The notes beneath the pieces were generated by a model. That model made no database searches and was not told where the DNA came from. It saw only the letters and a list, made by a program, of their open reading frames with translations. 64,000 nucleotides of DNA from Malacoraja senta (Eukaryota): positions 7,938,001 through 8,002,000 of the forward strand of contig CM075994.1 of NCBI GenBank assembly GCA_038087875.1, written 5' to 3'. How positions within the stretch are numbered: the first letter of the stretch is position 1; every line of letters starts with the position of its first letter. Position numbers and translations under genes: made by a program. Positions 35,601-48,330 of this stretch are shown piece by piece.

Positions 35601-36700
35601 CAAACCGGAGATAACAACCCTGGAGGTCCTGCTTTTCAGCATTTTTTCCGAGCTCTCTAAAGTCACGATGCAGAATATTCATCCTCTTCTTTCCGACATT
35701 GTTTGTGCCGACATGCACTACCACTTCCGGCTGTTCACCTTCGCCCTTGAGGATTTTCTGCACTCTGTCCATGACATCCTGGATCCTGGCACCAGGAAGG
35801 CAGCACACCATCCTCGAATCCGTCTGTTGCCGCAGAAACCCCTGTCCGTACCTCTCACAATGGAGTCTCCCACTACAATGGCGTTGCCTGACTTTGGCCT
35901 TTAGGTTTTGGCTCAACAGCCCTATTCGCATCGCAAGCCAGTCTGCTGCTCAGTGTTAAAACATCTTCCGTCCCCGACAGCTTCTAAGTGGGTGAACCTG
36001 TTCACAAGAGGTACAACACCTGGGGACGTTTGCATTCCATGCTTCCCTCCCTTTCTCACTGTCTCCCACCTTCTCTCTTCCAGTACCTTAGGTGTAACAA
36101 TCTTACTGTAGGACTTGTCGAGGAAAGACTCCGTTTCTCAGACAAACCTGAGGTCATCCACTTGCTTCTCCAGTTCCCCAACACGGTCCTTCAGGAGCTG
36201 TACCTGGATGCACTTGTCACATTTGTAGCAGCCAGAGGCACCAGCAGTGTCCTTGACCTCCCACATACTGCAAGCATCACACTGAATCAGCTTGCCTGAC
36301 ATCTCCTTCTTTCGTCTCTCCCTCTGCAGTGTTTTGCGTAGCCTCTTCGCCGAAGACTCTCGAGCCAAAGACTCACACTTTTCTCACAGGGCACTTCCCT
36401 CACTGCCGCTCCCTAAGAGCAGTCTTGCTTATATTGACTGATAAATTGCCTAATTTACCAATTTACAATCCAAATTCCTCAGTTTTCAACTGTTTTCCCG
36501 CTTTGACTCACTTCTCTCCTCCCTTTTGGGCTAGAGCCAATCAGTGTTTTCTCTTGCTAATCTTCTCCTGCTGTTGCTTCCAAATCTACAGCAGCTCTGA
36601 GTAAAGTCTGCCTGCGCTTTGCCTCTCCTTTTCAACTGTTTTCCCCCCTCTGACTCACTTCTCTCCTCCCTCTTGTGCTCTAATTCTGCTCCCATTGCAT
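32608..36700 (-). mobile_element. Near full-length CR1 LINE (ORF1 Zn-finger/coiled coil/esterase; ORF2 APE + RT), frameshifted, 3' end missing
   Basis: ORF1 MSGKLIQCDACSMWE..CYKCDKC..LKDRVGELEKQVDDLR, CCLPGARI, VVVHVGTN, DGLHLN; ORF2 LNARSI, GITETWL, SDHN, PGPD, YRPISL, DFQKAFDKV, GVPQGSVLGP, FADD. Confidence 0.95.
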
Positions 36701-36809
36701 CTGACTCAATTGCTTCTGAAATGCATAGACTATTATTGTTATTACTGCACTATTGTTGACCCTTAACTCCATGGAGTCTCGAACATGGGCTAACTCTGCC
36801 CCCATCACT

Positions 36810-37397
36810 CCTGAGAAGATTACGGAGAGTCGGTATGTCAAGGAGGAGTCTCTTGAACTTCTACAGGTGCACAGTAGAGAGCATGCTGACCGGTTGCATC
36901 GTGGCTTGGTTCGGCAACTTGAGTGCCCAAGAGCAGAGAAGACTGCAAAAAGTAGTAAACACTGCCCAGTACATCATCAACTCTGACCTCCCTTCCATCG
37001 AGAGGATCTATCGCAGTCGAGCCTCAAAAAGGCTGGCAGCATCATCAGGGACCCACACCATCCTGGCCACACACTCATCTCCCCGCTACCTTCAGGTATA
37101 AGGTACAGGAGCCTGAAGACTGCAACGTCCAGGTTCAGAAATAGCTGCTTCCCCACAGCCTGATGGCTGTTAAACTCAACTGAAACAAATTTCTGAACAT
37201 TAATAGACCATTATCTATTTATTTGCACTTTACCTGCTTATTTATTGATGTGTGTATATATTTATATAATGGTATATGCACACGCTGATCTGTTCTGTAT
37301 TTATGCCTACTATGTTCTGTTGTGCTGAAGCATAGCAAGAATTTCATTGTCCTATCTGGGACACATGACAATAAACTCTCTTGAATCTTGACTTGAC
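36810..37397 (+). mobile_element. Rex1/Babar 3' fragment
   Basis: [21 protein letters not shown]; (CTTGA)n tail. Confidence 0.85.
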
Positions 37398-37559
37398 TCA
37401 ATTGCCTCTAAAATGTTTATCTGCGATGCGGTGCACTTTATTTTCACGGTTTGGGAGAGCGCGTAGAGTTTGCCACCAGTCTGGGGTGTTGGGTGAGGTT
37501 TTAAAACCTCTGGGAGGGGGTGAGTTTGGGATTTAAGAGCAAATAATGTGGGTGTTGGG

Positions 37560-38420
37560 GTGAAATTCATAATATTTTGAAATCGATCAACCAACACAGA
37601 GAAAAAGCTCATGATAAATGGCACAGAAATAGAAAGAGTATCTGAAATAAAATTTCTTGGCGTATTAATTGACAACAAATTAACTTGGAAATCTCACATA
37701 AATTATATTAAAGCCAAAATATCCAAATCAATTGCAATACTGAATAAAGCCAGAGATCTATTAAATCAAGCCTCCCTGTATATGTTGTACTGCTCCCTCA
37801 TACTCCCATACATGATCTACTGTGTGGAGGTATGGGGAAACACATACAAAACAAATACACATCCAATCTTCATCCTCCAAAAAAGAGCAATACGAATTAT
37901 ACATAAAACCACCTACAGACAATCAACAAAACAATTATTTATCAGACTATAAACATTAAAATTTCAAGATCTGACAGATTATAAAACTATCCAAATTATG
38001 TTCAAAGCAGAAAATCAGCAATTGCCTTGTAATATCCAGGGGTTGTTCCAACGGAGAGAAAGCAAACACAACCTGAGAGGAACCTATATATTCGAAAAAC
38101 CGGCAATAAGAACTAATGCAAAACTCCATTGTGTTACAGGCAAAAGGTGTTAGTCTCTGGAATAACTGCCATGATGAGCTGAAAAAATGTAAGACTCTAT
38201 TCAAACTAAAAACACTCTTCAGAAACAAAAGATTGAATTGTTATGAGCTGGACAGTGATTTTCTTTTCTGTTTGGTTATTTCTTGTTTGTGGACAGTTCA
38301 ACAGATTTTGGGTCCATTTGTTCCCATTATTTTGTTTCTCCATGAAAATGTATAGAAAATAAGAGGGGGGTAGGACCAGAAAGGTTTTCGAACTTCTTCT
38401 TACCCCTTTTGAACATGAAC
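37560..38420 (+). mobile_element. L2-group (Crack/Daphne-like) LINE 3' fragment
   Basis: INGTEIERVSEIKFLGVLIDNKLTWKSHI...LILPYMIYCVEVWGNT...LQKRAIRII; AT-rich, unlike the CR1 copies. Confidence 0.75.
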
Positions 38421-38431
38421 GATATTATTTG

Positions 38432-38930
38432 TATAGGGAGGTTTCACGGCAGTCGGGTCACGACCCATGACCCGTACTGTTGCTACGCCATGCCAAATGG
38501 ATTACAGGCGATGAACTGCAGGTAGGCACTGACCATTTTGTTTCCAGCGTAGCGGGCCTGTTAAAAACCCGCCGAAATGGTCAATTTTTGCGCTGTAAAT
38601 AATTATGGAAATCGGGATAAGCGTGAGAGACATTTAGCCAACTTCAGAATTCCACAAGTGAGGAGAAATGACGGTAGTTAGAAGCGAGAGCTGGAGGGAC
38701 AACAACAGCCAAAGTGCTTGGTGAACATTGGCCGTTTGCTCACTGCATTTCATCAACTAAGGCTTTATTTGTGTTTTTTCTTGATTCCTTTGTCATCTAA
38801 AAAGTTTCAGAAGGGATAAATCTGGCTGTAAAATTTTTAAATCGCCCCTGGTTCTCAAGAGGGTTTTTACATACAAAAATAAAACGCCTCTGAAGCAAAA
38901 TTTACAGCCAGATTTATCACTTCTGAGACT
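38432..38930. mobile_element. Possible non-autonomous DNA transposon cut by the gap
   Basis: Abrupt compositional start (atagggagg); internal inverted repeat ~38808-38836 / ~38896-38926; family not identifiable. Confidence 0.3.
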
Positions 38931-39130
38931 NNNNNNNNNNNNNNNNNNNNNNNNNNNNNNNNNNNNNNNNNNNNNNNNNNNNNNNNNNNNNNNNNNNNNN
39001 NNNNNNNNNNNNNNNNNNNNNNNNNNNNNNNNNNNNNNNNNNNNNNNNNNNNNNNNNNNNNNNNNNNNNNNNNNNNNNNNNNNNNNNNNNNNNNNNNNNN
39101 NNNNNNNNNNNNNNNNNNNNNNNNNNNNNN
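38931..39130. other. Assembly gap (200 N)
   Basis: Run of n. Confidence 1.
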
Positions 39131-39256
39131 GACCAACCTCCCGTGAATCCAACTCCACCCCCGGGACGGAGCCAGCCTTCCCGATGAGTTTGTTGATCCT
39201 GTTGGATGCTGGAGTAACTCAGCGGGACGGGCAGCGTCTCTGGAGAGAAGGAATGG

Positions 39257-39288
39257 GTGACGTTTCGGGTCGAGACCCTTCTTCAGAC
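39257..39288 (-). ncRNA. Minimal type I hammerhead-ribozyme-like motif (consensus copy)
   Basis: gt-CTGAAGA-a-GGGTC tc GACCC-GAAAC-GTC-ac on the minus strand; similar copies near 14832, 47837, 51656 (-) and 61683 (+). Confidence 0.6.
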
Positions 39289-39464
39289 TGAGCGTTGGGG
39301 GAGAGGGAGACACAGAGATAAGGAAGAGTAAGGTGTGAAAATGACAGATCAAAGCATAAGGTAATGTAGAATGGTTCATTGTTAGCTGAGGGGAAGGTGA
39401 GAAGGAGGCGGACATTCACAACCTATTGCAGTGTTCCAACCTTTTAACGAGCCTTGCTGGCATC

Positions 39465-39995
39465 TAGGGTTGCCAACTTCCTCACTCCCAAATAAGGGAC
39501 AAAAGGCCAAAATACGGGACAAATACCCGACGGCAATTCGTTGAGCGACTCGGCCGTGTCTGGGTGAATGATGAGTTGGCCCGGGTGCTGGACTACACAC
39601 AAAGCCCAGCCGGCGGGGCCAGCTGAGGAGTTTTGTCCCGAGGGCCGCGGGCAAAGTCCGGCACCCCATCCAACTCACGAACCGATGATCGGCCATGAGA
39701 AGGAGGGGTGGTGGTGTCGGCGGTAAGCGAAGGTCCGAAGGTCGGACAGCTGGCCGGGCTGCCGACCGACGGGGCCACGGGCGAGGTGCTGCTGCTGCTG
39801 CTGCTGCTGCTGCACTCCATGGGCTTCACTACGTCGGGACGGGTGAGGCGGGGCCGGACGCGGCGCTCCGACCCGACAGTCCCCTCGACCCGAGTAGTAG
39901 CAGTCAAATACGGGACAAGGGCGGTCCCATACGGGACAAACCAATTTAGCCCAATATACGGGATGTCCCGGCTAATACGGGACAGTTGGCAACAC
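39465..39995. mobile_element. Non-autonomous hAT-like (Blackjack-type) element
   Basis: TAGGGTTGCCAACT...AGTTGGCAAC ends with repeated subterminal (A)CGGGAC(A) motifs. Confidence 0.6.
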
Positions 39996-40252
39996 GGAGA
40001 ATAGCCGCGCTGGTCAGAGCTCCCTGCATGGTTTCTTGTTCCAAGTCCCCAGACACAACGGCTGCAGCTTCACAAGAAGTCATTGACTCTTTTTGTTTTG
40101 GAAAGGAAGAGCTCCCTGCCTGCCTGCCTGCCTCCGCTTCCCTTTCCGGGAGCTCCGAGCCTCACTTTCCATGGGAAAACACTTCCACACCACTCCTGGC
40201 AATCCACGTTCCCAAACTGTGCCAGAGACCCGGGTTCCATCCTGAGCTCGAG

Positions 40253-40272
40253 TGGTGTGTGAGTGTGTGTGT

Positions 40273-40303
<31 letters not shown>

Positions 40304-40324
40304 AGTGAGTGTCTGTGTGAGTGA

Positions 40325-40377
<53 letters not shown>

Positions 40378-40461
40378 TGTGAGTGTGAGTGTGTGTGAGT
40401 GTGTGTGTGTGTGAGTGTGTGAGTGTGTGAGTGAGTGTGTGTGAGTGTGTGTGTGTGTGAC

Positions 40462-40501
<40 letters not shown>

Positions 40502-40543
40502 TGAGTGTCTGTGTGAGTGAGTGTATGTGTGTGTGTGTGTGTG

Positions 40544-40575
<32 letters not shown>

Positions 40576-40648
40576 AGTGTGTGTGTGTGAGTGTGAGTGT
40601 GAGTGTGAGTGTGTGAGTGTGTGTGTGTGTGTGAGTGTGTGTGAGTGT

Positions 40649-40685
<37 letters not shown>

Positions 40686-40702
40686 TGAGTGTGTGTGAGT
40701 GA

Positions 40703-40733
<31 letters not shown>

Positions 40734-40736
40734 AGT

Positions 40737-40770
<34 letters not shown>

Positions 40771-40875
40771 GTGTGAGTGTGAGTGTGAGTGTGTGTGAGT
40801 GTGTGTGTGTGTGAGTGTGTGAGTGTGTGAGTGTGTGTGTGTGTGAGTGAGTGTGTGTGACTGTGTGTGTGTGAC

Positions 40876-40927
<52 letters not shown>

Positions 40928-40969
40928 TGAGTGTCTGTGTGAGTGAGTGTATGTGTGTGTGTGTGTGTG

Positions 40970-41017
<48 letters not shown>

Positions 41018-41158
41018 TGTGTGTGTATGTGTGTGTGTGAGAGTGTGTGTGTGTGTGAGTGTGTGTGTGTGTGTGTGTGTGAGTGTGTGTGTGTGAGTGT
41101 GTGTGTGTGTGAGTGTGAGTGTGAGTGTGAGTGTGTGAGTGTGTGTGTGTGTGAGTGT

Positions 41159-41205
<47 letters not shown>

Positions 41206-41216
41206 AGTGTGTGTGT

Positions 41217-41253
<37 letters not shown>

Positions 41254-41291
41254 AGTGTGTGTGTGGTGTGTGTGTGTGTATGTGTGTGTGT

Positions 41292-41324
<33 letters not shown>

Positions 41325-41441
41325 AGAGTGTGTGTGTGTGTGGGTGTGTGTGTGTGTGTGTGTGTGAGTGTGTGTGTGTGTGAGTGTGTGTGCTGTGTGA
41401 GTGTGAGTGTGAGTGTGTGTGTGTGTGTGTGTGGTGAGTGT

Positions 41442-41472
<31 letters not shown>

Positions 41473-41575
41473 CGTGCGTGCGTGCGTGTGCGTGCGTGCG
41501 TGCGTGCGTGTGTGTGTGTTGTGTGTGTGTGTGTGTGTGTGCGTGTGGGTGTGTGTGAGTGTGTGTGTGTCTGTG
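40253..41575. repeat. 1.3-kb (TG)n/(TGAG) microsatellite inside a SINE
   Basis: SINE head at ~40220-40252; SINE body resumes at 41576 (ggagtttgcaagttctccc). Confidence 0.95.
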
Positions 41576-42117
41576 TGGAGTTTGCAAGTTCTCCCTGTGA
41601 CTGTGCGGGTTTCCTCCTCCGGGTGCTCCGGTTCCTAAGATCCCCAAAGACGTGCGGGTTTGCGGGTTAATCGGCCCCTCTGTAAATTGCCCCCTGGTGT
41701 GTAGGGAGTGGATGAGAAAGTGGGATAACGTGGAACTAGTGTGTGCGTGGATCGCTGGTCGGCACGGGCTCGGTGGGCTGAAGGGCCTGTTTCCGCGCTG
41801 CATCTCTAAGCTAAACCTTCCCTTATATATACACACACACACACACAGTCAGCTCTCGTGATTCTAAATACCTTAATAAAATTCCTTCCCCTTCTGAATG
41901 TAAACAGCCCCAGAGCCAACCAAATCTTACAAAGCAAAAATCTGCTGCTCTCGCCAAAGTCCCTGCAGAATCATCCCTGAGCTCTTTAAATTCCCAGCAT
42001 GTCTCATTATATACTGTGAGTGCATGCAGCAACCAAGAATATGACTTTAGTTTCGAGATACATGGCGGAAGCAGGCCCTGCGGCCCACCTAGCGATCCCC
42101 GCACCCTAACCTGGACT

Positions 42118-45100
42118 GAGTGGACGTGGAGAGGATGTTTCCACTTGCGAGAGAGTCTAGGACAAGAGGCCACAGGCTCAGAATAAAAGGACGTTCCTTC
42201 CAGAAGGAGACGAGGAGGAATTTCTTTCGTCACAGGGTGGTGAATCTGTGGAATTCATTGCCACAGAAGGCCGTGGAGGCCAAGTCAGTGGATAATTTTT
42301 AAAGGCAGAGATTATGGGGAGAAGGCAGGAGAATGGGGTTAGGAGGGAGAGATAGATCAGCCATGATTGAATGGCGGAGTAGGCATGATGGGCCGAGTGG
42401 CCGAATTCTGCTCCTATCGCTTAGGAACATGAACTTGCACTATCCTACACACACCAGGGATAATTTACAATTTTACACCAAGCCAATTAACCTGCAAACC
42501 TGCACGTCTTCGGAGTGTGGGAGGAAACCGGAGCACCCGGAGAAAACCCACGCAGGTCACGGGGAGAAGGTGCAAACTCCGTACAGACAGCACCCATGGT
42601 CAGTATCGAACCTGGGTCTCTGGCGCTGTGAGGCAGCAACTCTACCGCTGCTCCGCCCGTGACGTCCACAACATTCCTGTTAGTTTTATCTCTATCTTCT
42701 GTCTGGAGTTCACTATCTGATGGGAGTTGTCTAATTGCTTCCTTTTAAATAATTAGGTTGATATAAATGATGAAAACCGCACATGGAGTACAGATTTGGT
42801 CTCCTAATTTGAGGACGGACATTCTTGCTGTTGAGGCAGTGCAGCGTAGGTTCACCAGGTTAATTCTCGGGATGGTGGGACGATGAAACAATGGGTCGAC
42901 TGGGCATGTATTCACTGGAATTTAGAAGGAAGAGAGGGGATCTTGTAGAAACATATTCAATTCTTAAGGGATTGGACAGGCTAGATGCAGGAAAAATGTT
43001 CCCGATGTTGGGGTAGGCCATTTAGGACGGAGATGAGGAAAAATCTTTTTCACCCAGAGAGTTGTGAATCTGTGGAATTCTCTGCCACAGAACACAGTGG
43101 AGGCCAATTCACTGGATGTTTTCAAGAGAGTTAACGGAACCAAGGGATATGGGGAGAAAACAGGAACGGGGTACTGATTGTGGATGATCAGCCATGATCA
43201 TATTGAATGGTGGCGTTGGCTCGAAGGGCCGAATGGCCGAGTCCTGCACCTATTTTCTATGTTTCTATAAAAATTGGGAGGTCATGTTGCAGTTTGTACT
43301 GTACAAGACGTTGGTGAGGCCGCATTCAGTTCTGGGCACCATGTTATAGGACAGATGTTGTCAAGCTGGAAAGGTTCAGAGAAGATTCACAAGGATGTTG
43401 CCAGGACTAGAGAGTGTGAGCTATAGGGAGAGGTTGAGTAGGCTGGGTCTTTATACCTAGGAGCGCAGGAGGATGAGGGGAGATCTTATAGAGATGTATA
43501 AAATAATGAGAGGAATAGATCGGGTAGACGCACGGAGTCTCTAGCCCAGAGTAGGGGAATCGAGGACCAGAGGACACAGGACATAGAGTGCAGCGTAGGT
43601 TCACCAGGTTAATACCTGGGAAGGCGGGACTGTCATATCCTGAGAGAATGGAGCAGCTGGGCTTGTACACTCCGGAGTTTAGAAGGATGAGAGGGGATCA
43701 TTTTGAAACCAGAGGACACAGGTTCAAGGTGAAGGGGAAAAGATTTAATAGGAATCTGAGGGGTAACTTTTTCCCACACAAAGGGGTGGTGGGTGTATGG
43801 AACGAGCTGCCAGAGGAGGTAGTTGAGGCTGGGACTATCCCAACATTTAAGAAACAGTTAGACAGGTGCATGGATGGGACAGGTTTGGAGGGATATGGAC
43901 CAAGCGCCGGCGGGTGGGACTAGTGTAGATGGGACATGTTGGCCGGTGCGGGAAGTTGGGCCGATGGGCCTGTTTCCACGCTGTATCACTCTAGGATTCT
44001 AACTGCTCACGGTTCCCACTTCCGCTCCCTCTCTCTCTGACTGCTCAGGTCCCTGGAGAAGGAGCCCTGGACCACTGTGCAGGCCCTGCCTCACCGCGGT
44101 TAATAAGAGCGGAGATTCTATATATATGGAACTATCTGCCTAGGTCACCTGATTCGTTAGCCCGAGTAAACTCGACACACCCCGGCAATGCAAGCCCAAT
44201 GCGTGCGCAGGAAGGAACTGCAGATGCTGGTTGACACCCAAGGTAGGTACAAAGTGCTGGAGTAACTCAGCGGGACAGGCAGCATGGGTGACTAGCACTG
44301 AGGAGCACGACCTTGTCTGAAGAAGGGTCTCGACCCGAAACCTTCCCACCCATTCCTTCTCTCCAGAGACTCTGCCTGTCCCGCTGAGTTGCTCCGGCAT
44401 TTTTGTGGCTGTCTTTCATACAAAGCAAAGCTGGACAAAATAAATCTAACACCATCCACATTGTCAGCGACGGGAGCAGAATGAGGCCATTCGGCCCATC
44501 AAGCCTCCTCCGCCATTCAATCGTGACCGACCTCTCCCTCCCAACCCCATTCTCCTGCCTTCTCCCCGTAACCCCTGACACCCGCACTAATCAAGAATCT
44601 ATTGGACGCCTTCTTAAAAATTGCCGGCTGCCCTCCTTACCGATGACTGGAGGTTTTCGGGAGAATGGCCATCAAAATGAATTGGTTCTGGTTCATGCCA
44701 AAGAGATAGAATTGATGCTGGTTCATGCCAAAGAGATAGAATGGCACTTGATGGGCCGAATGGTCCAAAAGATTAACTGGATAGGTGGTGTTTCGGGTTG
44801 GGACCTTTTCAACAGGGTCCCGACCAGAAACGTCACCTATCCTTGTTCTCCAGAGATGCTGCCTGACCCGCTGATTACTCCAGCACTTTGTGTCTAGCAC
44901 AGATATTGAGGATATAGACAATAGACAATAGGTGCAGGAGGAGGCCATTCGGCCCTTCGAGCCAGCACCGCCATTCAATGTGATCATGGCTGATCATCCC
45001 CAATCAGTACCCCGTTCCTGCCTTCTCCCCATATCCCCTGACTCCGCCATCTTTAAGAGCCCTATCTAGCTCTCTCTCGAAAGTATCCAGAGAACCTGCC

Positions 45101-47130
45101 TCCACCGCCCCCTGAGGCAGAGAATTCCACAGACTCACCACTCTCTGTGAGAAAAAGTGTTTCCTCGTCTCCGTTCTAAATGGCTTACTCCTTATTCTTA
45201 AACTGTGGCCCCTGGTTCTGGACTCCCCCAACATCGGGAACATGTTTCCTGCCTCTAGCGTGTCCAAACCCATAACAATCTTATATGTTTCATGGGCCAA
45301 ATGCGGGCAGGCTGAATTAACAGCCGAATGGCCTACTTCTGCACCTATTGTCTATTGTCTATAGTGCAGATGGGACAGAGGACATAGGTTTAAGATGAGG
45401 TGGGGGGGGGGGGGCGGGGAAGATTTCATAGGAACCTGAGGGGTAACTTTTCCACATAAAGGGTGGTGGGTGTATGGAACGAGCTGCAGAGGAGGTAGTT
45501 AAGGCTGGGACTGTCGCTTTAAGAAAAATTTAGACAGGTGCAGGGATAGGTCAGGTGTGAAACATAGAAAATCGGTGCAGGAGTAGGCCAGTAGGCCATT
45601 CGGCCCTTCGAGCCAGCACCGCCAGCCAATATGATCATGGCTGATCATCCAGAATCAGTACCCCGTTCCTGCCTTCTCCCCATATCCCTTGATTCCGTTA
45701 GCCCCAAGAGCTAAATCTAACTCTCTCTTGAATACATTCAGTGAATCGGCCTCCACTGCCTTCTGTGGCAGAGAATTCCACAGATTCACAACTCTCTGGG
45801 TGAAAAGGTTTTTCCTCATCTCAGTCCAAAATGGCCGACCCCTTATTCTTGGGGATGTGGGCCAAACGCGGGCAGGTGCGACAGGCCAAGCTGGGACATG
45901 TTGGCCGGTGTGCGCAAGTTGGGCCGAAGGGCCTGTTTCAGAGCGGTAAGACTCTGAGAGTCCATGACAACATCACCACGGCAACAGCGAGACAAAAGCT
46001 CCCTGCTGCAGTAGTTGCTGAGTAAACAATGTTGTGGTCAAAGTAATCCGATCAGCGGTTCGTGAACACAGTCCACTCTCGCCTTTAGTTTCCGCGCCTG
46101 TATTGTGCATGGGACCCGTGCTCATAAGGGATAGGTGCTGATTTGGCCATTCGGCCCTTCAAAAATGGATCGACTGGGCTTGTATTCACTGGAATTTAGA
46201 AAGATGAGAGGGGATCTTATAGAAACAGTCAAGGGCCTGTCCCACTGTACGAGCTAATTCAAGAGCTCTCCCGAGTTAAAAAAAAAATCAAACTCGTGGT
46301 AAGTACGTAGAATGTACGTAGCGGGTACGTTGGAGCTCGGTGACGTCTCTTAGCGGCTCATAACACTAACAGGTACTCGGGAAACGCAGTCAGCTCATGA
46401 AGCTTTTTCAACATGTTGAAAAATGTCCACGAGAGCCCCGAGTACCTACGAGCGGCCATTACCGTAATTCTCCGAATTCGAATCAGGGGAAACGCAGGAG
46501 AACTCTTGAATTAGCTTGTACAGTGGGACAGCCCCCTTTAAAATTCTTAAGCGATTGGACCCGCTGGATGCAGAAAAAATGTTCCCGATGTTGGGGGAGT
46601 CCAGATCCAGGGGTCACACAGTTTAAGAACAAGGGGTAGGCCATTTAGGACTGAGATGAAGAGAAACTTTTTCACCCGGAGAGATGTGAATCTGTGGAAT
46701 TCTCCGCCACGGAAGGCAGTGGAGGCCAATTCACTGGATGTTTTCAAGAGAGAGTTAGATTTAGCTCTTAGGGCTAACGGAATCAAGGGATATGGGGAGA
46801 AAGCAGGAACGGGATACTGAATGTGGATGATCGGCCGTGATCATATTGAATGGCGGTGCTGGCTCGAAGGGCCGAAGGGCTGAATGGCCTACTCCTGTGT
46901 TTCTATGTTTCTATCCCGCGATTCAATCATGGCTGATCTATCTCTCCCTCCCAACCCCATTCTCCCCATAACCCCTGACACCCGTACTAATCAAGAATCT
47001 ATCTATCTAAATACCTTAAATATATCCACTGACTTGGCCTCCACAGCCTTCTGTGGCAATGAATCCCACAGATTCACCACCCTCTGGCTAAAGAAATTCC
47101 TCCTCATCTCCTTCATAAAGGTACATCATA
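42118..47130. mobile_element. Mosaic of CR1 3' fragments, SINEs and Penelope tails
   Basis: Repeated TRGH, VVNLWNSLP, GYGEKAG peptides and CR1 tails on both strands. Confidence 0.8.
46212..46537. mobile_element. Harbinger-like MITE inserted in a CR1 fragment
   Basis: TIRs gggcctgtcccactgtacgagctaattcaagag / ctcttgaattagcttgtacagtgggacagccc. Confidence 0.7.
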
Positions 47131-48029
47131 ACCTCTGACACCCGCAAACCCAACCTGTCTAATCCTTCGGCCCACCTAGTCTGAACCTACAAACCTGCAC
47201 GTCTTTGGAGTCAATAGACAATAGGTGCAGGAGTAGGCCATTCGGCCCTTCGAGCCAGCACCGCCACTCAATGTGATCATGGCTGATCATCCCCAATCAG
47301 TACCCCGTTCCTGCCTTCTCCCCATATCCCCTGACTCCGCTATTGTTAAGAGCCCTATCTAGCTCTCTCTTGAAAGCATCCAGAGAACCTGAGGCAGAGA
47401 GTTCCACAGAGAATTCCACAGACTCGCCACTCTCTGTGAGAAAAAGGGTTTCCTCGTCCCCCCCGAGTGCGGGAGGAGACTGGACATTTCGGAGTAAACC
47501 CCGCGCAGGCCGCGGGGAGAGCGTGCAAACTCCGTGCAGGCAGCACCCGAGGTCGGGATGGAACCCGGGTCTCCGGCGCTGGGTGGCAGGGACTCTACCG
47601 CTGCTCCACTGTGCCAGGTCACGTTGGACAGCCGTGGGCAGAGTTATTTGGACACAGTGACGTGTGTCCACCGCACCTGTCGGTCAGTTGACATTGATTG
47701 TCACCGCACCCCTGTTCCCATTCCGGCTTCCTCCACCCCAAGATCACACCAATCGCTGTCCGCAGTCCGACAATTACCGCCGCTGGTTTAGTTTGGTCAG
47801 CGGGACAGGCAGCATCTCCGGAGAGAAGGGATGGGCGACGTTTCAGGTCGAGACCCTTCTTCAGACTGAAAGTAGAGAAGCACTGGAAACGACCCGAAAC
47901 GTCACCCATTCCTTTTTCTCCAGAGATGTTGCCTGTCCCGCTGAGTTACTCCAGCACTTTGTGTCTTTCTACGGTATAAACCAGCATCTGCAGTTCCTTC
48001 CTACATAATCCAGCTCAATTATCTGCATG

Positions 48030-48330
48030 CGGCACGGTGGTGCAGCGGCAGAGTTGCTGCCTTACAGCGAATGCAGCGCCAGAGACCCTGGTTCGATCCC
48101 GGCTACGGGTGCTGTCTGTACGGAGTTTGTACGTTCTCCCCGTGGGTTTTATCCAAGATCTCTGGTTTCCTCCCACACTCCAAAGACGTGCAGGTTAATT
48201 GGCTGGGTATGAGTGTAAATTGTCCCTAGTGTGTGTAGGATAGTGTTAGTGTGCGGGGATTGCTGGTCGGCACGGACCCGGTGGGCCGAAGGGTCTGTTT
48301 CCGCGCTGTATCTCTAAACTAAACTAAACT
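48030..48330 (+). mobile_element. tRNA-derived V-SINE (HE1-like), representative full copy; others near 3310, 4823, 15710, 19328, 42430, 49610, 52430, 56515, 61905, 63530
   Basis: A box tggtgcagcgg, B box ggttcgatcc, V-core ggagtttgtacgttctcccc...ggtttcctcccacactccaaagac, CR1-like tail, (CTAAA)n. Confidence 0.85.

Noticed and set aside
39593..40004. Poly-Gln/Ala/Ser GC-rich ORFs
   Set aside because: Interior of the hAT-like element; no splice support
40070..41842. 590-aa His/Thr ORF
   Set aside because: Translation of a (CA)n microsatellite
48030..48110. tRNA genes
   Set aside because: A/B boxes run straight into the SINE core; these are SINE heads
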